From Octopus sinensis (Eukaryota), in assembly GCF_006345805.1 (NCBI RefSeq), contig NC_043014.1:53072001-53136000 (forward strand): DNA of 64,000 bases. The letters are read 5' to 3'. Positions 54,690 through 64,000 of the stretch are shown in pieces. Made by a program: the position numbers and the translations under genes. Each line of letters starts with the position of its first letter. Position 1 is the first letter of the stretch. The notes under the pieces were generated by a model. That model made no database searches. It was not told the DNA's origin and saw only the letters and a program-made list of their open reading frames with translations.

Positions 54690-54730
54690 GAAACCACTTC
54701 CGGTTTTATTATCACTCCTCAGTGACGAAT
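54690..54730 (-). ncRNA. Degenerate hammerhead-like motif
   Basis: Minus strand GUCA-CUGAGGA-GUGAUAAU-AAAAC-CGG; the 3' arm of stem II appears deleted. Confidence 0.3.
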
Positions 54731-56264
54731 ATTCTACTTAGTTGGCAAGTCTTAAGTGTTCAATGTATGTAGAAACAGAGGGAATGTAGTGACGCTGAAT
54801 ATGAAAATCAAGAATAAGGGTCAGGAAAAATACCTCCGACTGAGACCCTTCTGTACACAATATACACATCAGGTAGGATCTCACATATACAATATAGCGA
54901 GGCGAAAAACTGAGGGCGGATTTTAGCTCCAAATTAGCCGTGAGTGTAAAAAAAAAAGCTTATGATTCGCCACCCCCGGCATTTTGGGTGCGGAGTGGGT
55001 TCTGTTGCAAGTTTTAAGGTTAGGTTTCTGGTTTGAGGATATCTTCCTCCTGTACCTTTTCTCCCATTAATCTTGGATGCGCTGTTTAGGGTCAGCGATA
55101 CTATCTTTCATTAGGATCCACCCTCATCCCCCCCCTCAAAAAGAGACAGAAATCTCTCCAAGATTACCCCGAATTTTGGGATCGCACAAGGTTGTTTTAT
55201 CCAACGTTTCCTTCTTTGTTTTCAACGATGAGGTTTAATTTGAGGTTACTTTGGTTGCTATATCTTGTAGATTGAGTGATCACGTGGAAGTACCCCTGTT
55301 GACTCACATTAAACATTTAAAATCCATTTATCTCCTCATGTTACACTCTCAGCCGCCTCTTCAGTTTCTATTTTAAGTCGAGATTCTTTCCAAGTGGAAC
55401 CGGAGCTGAAAGTAAACCTCTTCCTCAGACCATTCCATCCTCCATTATTTCTGACATTCCATCCTCCAAACAATCTATTTTCGAAAACTCAAACTTAAAA
55501 TACGGAAACCAAGATCACTTTCCAAAAATTCTTCCTTCATATCCAATACATGTTTACTTGACAAAGGTCGAAAGTAGCAGATCCATTCCTCACTCACTCA
55601 CTGTCTTTCTGTCCTTTTCTCTCTCCCCCCTCTCTTTCTCTCTCTTTCTCTCTCTCTTCCTCCTCCTCATATGGGAAAATTTCCTCGTCTTCTTTAATAT
55701 TACTGACTTTCTTGATACTTTCTCTCCTCACATTTTTGATCTTTCAACGAAAAGCATCGAAGGTTGAACCATCGCATTAACAAAACCTTCACCTTCCTTT
55801 CTCAGCCATCTTAAACGGTTGTTTTTCAATCTTTTCCAGCTGTGTTTTTTTTTTTTTCCTTTCTTTTACCTTGTCGTCTCTCCTTCAGGTAACAAACACT
55901 CCTGTAGCCTACAACCGATAACTGTAGTACCATAACAGATAGAATATAATAATATATACACATGTATACACACACACACACACGCGCGCGCGGACGCATT
56001 CGCACGCGTCCTCGAGCAAAACAGATTCGCTTTTCGAAAGCTGCGTTCCGGACAAGGTTTTCCGTTAAAATTGATCAAAAAATATAACATAACTCCACAG
56101 ATCGACAAGTCCTGCTCCTCTCTGTCTCCGTCAGACTCTCTGGGTCTTTTATGCATTTCTCCTTTCTCTCTATATTACATCACACTCTTTATCACACACA
56201 CCCTTTTTCTCTCTATATGTATATCTCTCACGCATGCTACTCCCCCCTCCCTCTCTTCATATAA

Positions 56265-57535
56265 CATGTAACGGCTTTTATTTTGTTTTTGCCTTTGTTG
56301 TGATGCCATTCCCGACGACCCCCGGCAAGAAATAGACTGGACCGAACGATTATAAAGAGTAGCGGTCGGAGTGAAGTTTGATGGGTCAGTGGGAGGTGAG
56401 TAGAGCGTGGTGTGTTCAATCCTTGTGATTCCGTGGAAATAAGTGGTGTTATTATATATTATCGAAGGTCTCCCCGCCTGGGTGAACCTGGATTTGTTGA
56501 ATTTTGAATTTTTGCTTGTTTTTGTAATTGTTTTCTTCCCCATTTATGGGTGAAGTAGAGAAGAGAGGTGAGAGATCGATCAGGAGCCGGCCGCCAGTTA
56601 CGCATCAGCTACAGCAAAAGGTTTGAATACCAACACCCGGAAGTGCGAGAGATTAAGATTGAGCCAAAAAAACCCCCAAAAAGTGGAAAGAGTGTTGTAA
56701 ATTGATAGAAAGGGAAGGAGCCAGTTTGAGTTTGGCCCCACTGGAGGAATTGACTAACAATGTGGCGAAGAAATACACACGAGGAAGGAAGTATGGCTCG
56801 GTGGAGGTTAGGTTCGCGAACGAAGAGGAGGCCATAAACCACTCCACTGTGCCGATGGGGACACAGGAATGGGTCCTTCTGTCCGACTAACTGTGGCAAA
56901 CGTGTTGCCAGAGTAAGAATTGGTAGAATATCCCCCGAGATTAAGGAAGCATGGCTGGTGGCAGCGGTCATGGACAGGATGGAAGACGAAGCGAGAATAT
57001 TGAAAATTACGAGAACTAAAAAGGTTAATTGGTGGTTGGGGGGGGGGGTATGGCCTTGAGATGGCAAAACAAGTAAGACTCAAAGACTTGCACGAGATCA
57101 CAGAGGAGATTGTTCTGTTGGGGTAGGGGTGAGAGTGGTGGTGGAAGGCAGACCCCCAACATATTTCTTATGCCGACAAAAGGGACACATGAAAGCAAGG
57201 TGGCCCCAGAAAGAAGACAAGGAGGAGGAGCAGGAGCAACAGTGTGAGGAAAGAACTGCCGAGGTGGCGGTGCCGGAAGGAGAGAAGGACAAAGATGAAC
57301 CCCTGTGGAGGAAAAGGAAAGAGCGTGTGAGCTCTCCACCAGAGAGTCAGAAAAGGATGAAGGGGTCAGAGAAGGAGGGGAAAAGGAGCTGGTTAGATGC
57401 AGCAGCAGCAGCAGCATCAACAATAGAATGTAACGTGGAGGCGGTGGACGTTGAGGACTTTGATAGTATACCAGCGGGGGTGGGGAGCCGGGAGGAGTGA
57501 CTTGCTCGGACGGCCCGGGTCCGTCGCTGAAGCAA
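56265..57535 (+). mobile_element. 5' UTR and decayed ORF1 of an L1/Tx1-like retrotransposon
   Basis: Frameshifted ORF with VEVRFANEEEA (RRM-like), GKRVARVRIGRISPEI, and VVVEGRPPT(Y)FLCRQKGHMKAR(W)P (decayed CX2CX4HX4C knuckle). Confidence 0.75.
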
Positions 57536-57754
57536 ATGTAAAAGAGAAATGGTCGATAAATTAAGTACCACTTATGCCAATGGGGTCGATGTAATCGACT
57601 TAATCCCTTTGTCTGCCCTTGTTTGTCTCCTCTGTGTTTAGCCCCTTCGTGGGCAATAAAGAAATAAATATTACTTTTGTGTCTGCTTGTGTTTGATAAT
57701 TTTATTAACTGGAAAGTAATATCTTCAGAATTCAGAGAAATCCAACCCTAATCG

Positions 57755-57805
57755 TATTCCACCCGATGAAGCGCCCACGTGAGGCTGTCGCCGAAAAATG
57801 TTGAG
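57755..57805 (+). ncRNA. Degenerate hammerhead-like motif
   Basis: CCGAUGA-AGCG...CGCC-GAAA, with one core substitution. Confidence 0.35.
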
Positions 57806-59107
57806 CTTTATAATAACTCTAGAATGATCTTGTAATAATGGTATATTAATATAAACCGAGCAACTTCAAGCTGGTGTCCGATGCAGAAACGAATGTTGCG
57901 ATCTGTTATTAAAGCCTGATATCCTCAAGCCTCATGTTATATTATTCCTGTATTAATCTTATACAAAGAAGAGTCCCACATGTGTATCTAACCCTGGATC
58001 CCGAAGGATAACATGTGGTAGCCAAATAACGACACAAGAATTCTTGAGTGTACATTATGAGGTTTATATTAAATATATATACATGTAATTACGGATCTAT
58101 ATGTGTGTGTCGTTCTGCTTGTCACCCATCACCGCTTGACAACCAATGTTGGTTTGTTTACGCCCTCTATAAACTAGCGGTTCGGCATAAGAAATAAATA
58201 GAATAGTACCAGGCTTAAAGAATAAGTACTGGGGTGGGTTTGTTCAAATGGTGCCCCAGTATGGCCGCCGTCCAGTGACTGAAACGAGTAAAATAGATAT
58301 ATATATTCACACACGCACGTACGCAGAGTTCAGTGACTTATTGTGGGTTTTGGACCCCCCCCCGCCATCTTCCCTCAATGTAACACACCTTCAACTACAG
58401 CAATGATAGATATTTAGAGTGGTGGCCATGTGCGGCTCGCACACCTACACACAGACCATTCCCCCACCTCAATTCATACGCTACGCCACAGCGCCAAGTT
58501 CTGCATCAAAGGTAATTGATTTGCTAAAATGGATTGTGATCGTAAAAGGTTTTTGAGGGGCTTGTGGACGATGTCGTTCGGTCGCCCGTATATAGAGGGG
58601 ACCTGGCCCCTGAGCTAAATAACAATAACAACAATTAATCGCCATAACCATTCGGAAAGCAAGACAGGGGCGCGCGTGAGAAACGCAACGGTTTCTAGTT
58701 ATTACGTCTTCAATAAAACGGGAGATGGTCATGGCTGGGATGCCTTTAATTATTGGTTCTTTCAATAAGTGCAGACTTGAAGTTAAGCAGCAGCAACAAT
58801 AACAACAAAAACAAAGCAACAACAATACGATTGCCTTCAACATTACATCAACAAAAATGTGGCTTAAGATTTGTACAGAAACTGCGTCTTAAATAAAACG
58901 GTTTCGGCCATGTTTTTGTCAGCGGAGCAGTTGGCGGCGGCGGGGGCGGCGGCTGCGGCGGCAGCGGCTGCTGCGAAAGTTGGTCAGAAACGTCATTCTT
59001 CACTTCCTTCCTCCCTTCTTTCCTACATTTCTTTCTTTCTTCCTCTTTTCCTTCTTTTCTTTTCCACTCTCCCTTCAAAGAAGCGCATTCATTCTGAGTA
59101 TGCGAAT

Positions 59108-59148
<41 letters not shown>

Positions 59149-59156
59149 AATAATAA

Positions 59157-59682
59157 CTGCCCCGATGCAGTACCAGGCAGTGGCTCTCATGGCTTCTGAT
59201 CTTAACTGGTTCGAAGTGTCATCATGTTCATTGTTTTGTCTTGGTATAAAAGATGGGCAACAGCAAATATTCTGCTCGATACCACAGATTTGCTTGTCAG
59301 TTGTTTGACCGTAACCAGTTGATTTGTGCATCTCTGATCATGAGCAGAAGTAGTAGGGGAGCATCACAGCATGTGTTGAGAAGGTTCTTTGGGGTTTCAA
59401 TAATTCACCTCTGGAAACATGGGTGTTTCGTTCAACATCCTTAAACAATCCTTATTCTTTTGAGCGTGATGGGCTACCCAACCTGAAGAAAATTCTAACC
59501 GGGCTCCACCCGCAATGTCATGCGCTGTTAATCTTGATATGAGATCACCATTTCGTGCATATATGGTTGTGATGCATGTGTCTAGTGTGCCCTTATCAGA
59601 CGGGTAGTCATGATGGGTATATTGGGCTTCGTATATTTGTACCCCAGTGTTACTTTGATGGCATTTACTGCTCTCTCACTCA
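59157..59682. mobile_element. Non-coding interspersed repeat embedded in (TGA)n/(TAA)n
   Basis: About 525 bp sharply bounded by TAA repeats on both sides. Recalled as an abundant octopus repeat (not verified). Confidence 0.55.
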
Positions 59683-59704
59683 ATAATAATAATAATAATT
59701 AATA

Positions 59705-60135
59705 GGACGGCGAACTGGCAGAATCGCCGGACAAAATGGCTAAGCTGCATTTCGTCCGTCTTTACGTTCCAAGTTCAAAATTTTGCCGAGGTCGACTTTG
59801 CCTTTCACCCTTTCAGGATTGATAAATTAAGTACCAGTCAAATACAGGGGTCGATGTCCCCACCTCCCCCGAAATTGCTGGCCTTGTGCCATAATTTGAA
59901 ACCAACATAATAATAATAATGCTTTCTATTATAGGCACAAGACCTGGAATTTTGAGGGAGGGGACCAGTCGATTACATCGACTCCAGAGTTTCACTGGTA
60001 CTTAATTTATCGACCCCGAGAGGATGAAAGAGAAAATCGGCCTCGGCGGAATTTGAACTCAGAACATCAAAGCGGACGAAATGCCGCGAAGCATTTTGCC
60101 TGGCGTGCTAACGATTCTGCCAGTTCACCGCCTTC
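59705..60135. mobile_element. Inverted pair of family A SINEs
   Basis: Plus copy ~59705-59905 and minus copy ~59922-60135, separated by a short (TAA)n. Confidence 0.85.
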
Positions 60136-60735
60136 CAGTATATAATAATGATGGTGATGATGATGATGATGATGATGATGATTTCTAGCATCGATACGGG
60201 CCATAGATTTAGGAGAACAACATTTGGACGGTTGAGAAGTGTGAGAAGTAAAAGTCACAGACACAACAAAAACGAAAATGCATTATCCTGTTTTTCATTT
60301 GCTTTCTCCTGATGCCTCCAATATCCAGACGGTGCTCACAGAGGCCCCGACAGTCTGAGCAAGACGTCTAATTGCAACCCCGGCACGAAGCAAATCTGCA
60401 ATGCGTTGTCTCTTGGCTTCTTAAGTGGACATGTCAGATCGTATGACTGGAACTTCTCATTAAATTAACTCTAGAAACCTGAAATAGAAAACAATATTTT
60501 AGGAATCTATGAAAAATAAGGCTTCGAAAATATTCCAGTTTTGCTTCCCCACCCTGAGCATATATATATATAGAGAGAGAGAGGCAGAAAGAGACGAACA
60601 GACAAGACAGAAAAACAGGAAGGCAGGGAGAAAGAAAGAGGAAGAGACAGACAGGCAGACAGACAGACAGACAGGCAGATAGATAGGTAGGTAGGTATGT
60701 AGGTAGGTAGGTAGGTAGGTAGGTAGGTAGGTAGG

Positions 60736-60788
<53 letters not shown>

Positions 60789-60821
60789 GGATGGATGGAT
60801 GGATGGATGGATGGATGGATG

Positions 60822-60852
<31 letters not shown>

Positions 60853-60853
<1 letters not shown>

Positions 60854-61010
60854 TGTTTCTTTATTAGCCACACAGGGCTGCACACAGACAGAACAAATTA
60901 CAAGGTAGAGCTTTTCTTTTGAAGGTATTAAAAAAAAAAAAAAAAAGGAAGGGGGAGGTTCGATCAAAAGGGATCGTAAAAGGAGAGAAAGAGGACAAAA
61001 ATAAGGGGGG

Positions 61011-61044
<34 letters not shown>

Positions 61045-61757
61045 GGAGAGGAAAAAAAAAATGATCAATAGGGATCGTTATCACAGAAATGTCAATATGA
61101 AGTGTAAAGGGGAGGACAGGTGAGGTTTACCCGTGGAAAGAAAAGCCTGCGGAAAAGACCACGGTAACCTCGGTCAATGAAGTCACATTTTATATTTCTT
61201 TTTTTTTTTTTTTTTTTTTTTGCAAATAAGCAACTCTCTGTTTTCGATTTCTGGGTTCATAGGACTATGCTCAAGGTGGCTTCGTCATTCATACGTGCCA
61301 TTCTTGCTACATTCACCCATCTTTTTTTAAAACATTCGCTAGACAAAGCTTGCCTCTCTACTCTCACTTTCCTTTTCAAGTGGTACTTGAAGAAGTTGAT
61401 GAGAGATTGACCAGAGAGGAAAGTGTTTGTCTCCAATCCTTTCAGACGCGTCCACCAGATACATTCTTTCGCCATAGCCACAAGGATGATGAAAATAGCT
61501 CTTCCTTCCCGTTTGAAGGAAGGAGGCGTGACAATATTGACGATAGACTCAGCTGATAAACCGACTCGTCCCACACGTGACAGCAGTTGTTCGACATAAG
61601 CCCACAGGTCGGAAATTGTTGGACACTGAACGAGTGCGTGCAGAACGGTTTCGTCGCTCTGACCGCATCTCGGGCAGGTCGGCCCCGTGTTTCTCGAGCC
61701 GTGTCTGTAGAGCTTATCCCGAACGGGTAGCGCTTCTCGGTAGCACTGCCAGGCCAG
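60853..61757 (-). mobile_element. Tx1/L1-like retrotransposon, 5'-truncated copy 1
   Basis: Uninterrupted frame LAWQCYREALPVRDKLYRHG..CPRCGQSDETVLHALVQC..LW...ATLSIVL* (zf-RVT type). The ~400-bp 3' UTR ends AATAAAGAAACAT directly in (ATCT)n. Confidence 0.92.
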
Positions 61758-61782
61758 GATAGATAGATAGATAGATAGATAG

Positions 61783-61813
<31 letters not shown>

Positions 61814-61842
61814 TAGATGGATGGATAGATAGATAGATAGAT

Positions 61843-62334
61843 ATGTTTCTTTGTTAGCCACACAGGGCTGCACACAGATAGAACAAATTACAAGGTAGAG
61901 CTTTTCTTTTGAAGGTATTAAAAAAAAAAAAAAAGAAAAAAAAAAAAAAAGGAAGGGGGAGGTTCGATCAAAAGGGATCGTAAAAGGAGAGAAAGAGGAC
62001 TAAAATAAGGGGGGTTAAAAAAAAAAAAAAAGGGGGGGGGGAAGGAAAAAAAAATGATCAATAGGGATCGTTATCACAGAAATGTCAATATGAAGTGTAA
62101 AGGGGAGGACAGGTGAGGTTTACCCGTGGAAAGAAAAGCCTGCGGAAAAGACCACGGTAACCTCGGTCAATGAAGTCACATTTTATATTTCTTTTTTTTT
62201 TTTTTTTTTTTTGCAAATAAGCAACTCTCTGTTTTCGATTTCTGGGTTCATAGGACTATGCTCAAGGTGGCTTCGTCATTCATACGTGCCATTCTTGCTA
62301 CATTCACCCATCTTTTTTTAAAACATTCGCTAGA
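61843..62334 (-). mobile_element. Tx1/L1-like retrotransposon, 5'-truncated copy 2
   Basis: Nearly identical to the 3' part of copy 1, with the same 3' junction and a shorter truncation. Confidence 0.92.
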
Positions 62335-62426
62335 TAGATAGATAGATAGATAGATATAGATAGATAGATAGATAGATAGATAGATGGATGGATGGATGGA
62401 TGGATGGATGGATGGATGGATGGATG

Positions 62427-62462
<36 letters not shown>

Positions 62463-62508
62463 TAGATAGATAGATAGATGGATAGATAGATAGATAGATG
62501 GATGGATG

Positions 62509-62580
<72 letters not shown>

Positions 62581-62634
62581 TATGGATAGATAGATATAGA
62601 TAGATAGATGGATAGATTGATAGATAGATGGATG

Positions 62635-62694
<60 letters not shown>

Positions 62695-62704
62695 TAGATG
62701 GATG

Positions 62705-62788
<84 letters not shown>

Positions 62789-62865
62789 TAGATAGATAGA
62801 TGGATGGATGGATGATGGATGGATGGATGGATGGATGGATGGATGGATGGATGGATGGATGGATG

Positions 62866-62909
<44 letters not shown>

Positions 62910-62963
62910 TAGATAGATAGATAGATAGATAGATGGATAGATAGATAGATAGATGGATGGATG

Positions 62964-63015
<52 letters not shown>

Positions 63016-63028
63016 TATGGATAGATAG

Positions 63029-63059
<31 letters not shown>

Positions 63060-63074
63060 TGGATGGATAGAAAG

Positions 63075-63143
<69 letters not shown>

Positions 63144-63149
63144 TAGATG

Positions 63150-63217
<68 letters not shown>

Positions 63218-63230
63218 TATGGATAGATAG
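62331..63230. repeat. ~900-bp (GATA)n/(GGAT)n array
   Basis: Directly visible. Related GACA/GGTA/GATA tracts at 60645-60852 and 61758-61842. Confidence 0.98.
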
Positions 63231-63619
63231 AGAAAGAGGTGGGGAAAGAGGTGGAGAGATGAGTGCGAAAAACTGAACTTTGTCGTTGCTCTTGGTGAGA
63301 AGAAAGAGAATTTCCATTTAATTCTGGTTTTTGCGATGAAGATAAACAAATGGCAAGGTCAGACTTTGAATAAAGTTTACTGTTGCCTGTTTCTGTGTTC
63401 AGTGACGCCTGGCTGGGAATGGAACACGGAATCAAACTGGAATTATCGACTGAAGATGACGGAAGTCAAAGAAGGTTCATCGAATTAAGCGCCGCCTTTA
63501 CAAAGAATGTTCTTATCAGGGAATAAATGATTACATTAGATATCAACAGGCGACAATTTAGCTTTGATAATTTATTCCGTAATCCAAGGGACATCGTCGT
63601 TTTTTACGAGAACAAGACT

Positions 63620-63691
<72 letters not shown>

Positions 63692-63699
63692 TATATATA

Positions 63700-63753
<54 letters not shown>

Positions 63754-63760
63754 TATATAC

Positions 63761-63792
<32 letters not shown>

Positions 63793-63870
63793 CTTTATAT
63801 ATATATACATACATATATATATATATATATATATCTTTATACACATACACACACATATATATATATACAC
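63620..63870. repeat. (TG)n/(TA)n microsatellite
   Basis: Directly visible. Confidence 0.95.
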
Positions 63871-64000
63871 TTTTTCAGAATTCACCCACCCCCACACCCA
63901 AATATGCGGGAAAATACGGAGATTCTGATTCTGAAAAAAATTTCCAAATTCCAATTATTTTGCAATTTTCCGGAATCTCCGTATCCGAAAACGTGGATTT

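Noticed and set aside
56265-62334. ORF1 remnant and GATA-embedded ORF2 ends as one element
   Set aside because: Opposite strands and very different levels of decay.
60853-62334. The two Tx1 copies as a pure assembly duplication
   Set aside because: Different truncation points and several substitutions outside homopolymers argue against it, though it cannot be excluded without reads.
62248-63435. 337-395 aa ORFs
   Set aside because: Stop-free translations of the (ATCT)n array (IYLS repeats), not genes.
63449-63485. CUGAAGA-UGAC/GUCA hammerhead candidate
   Set aside because: No GAAA box in register, too weak to call.

Overview
AT-rich, microsatellite-dense eukaryotic DNA. The SINE families and LINE remnants look like those of an octopus (coleoid cephalopod) genome, recognised from memory rather than by search. 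No intact host protein-coding exon was found. The only host-gene signal is a probable non-coding first exon on the minus strand (donor at 6281), followed by a CpG-poor intron running to the window start. The rest is a repeat landscape: tRNA-derived SINEs, mariner, Merlin, hAT, piggyBac-type and Helentron-like elements, two RLE-type (R4/Dong-like) LINE remnants and Tx1-like LINE pieces. Highlights: (i) two young, differently 5'-truncated copies of a Tx1-like element in the same register of a (GATA)n array, beside RLE elements in (TAA)n and (TATG)n; (ii) about a dozen dispersed hammerhead-ribozyme-like cores of Penelope type, some with long stem II; (iii) a 52-bp TIR element with an 8-bp TSD; (iv) a compact E-box/CArG/CRE cluster overlapping a splice donor. 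Boundaries of old repeats are approximate.
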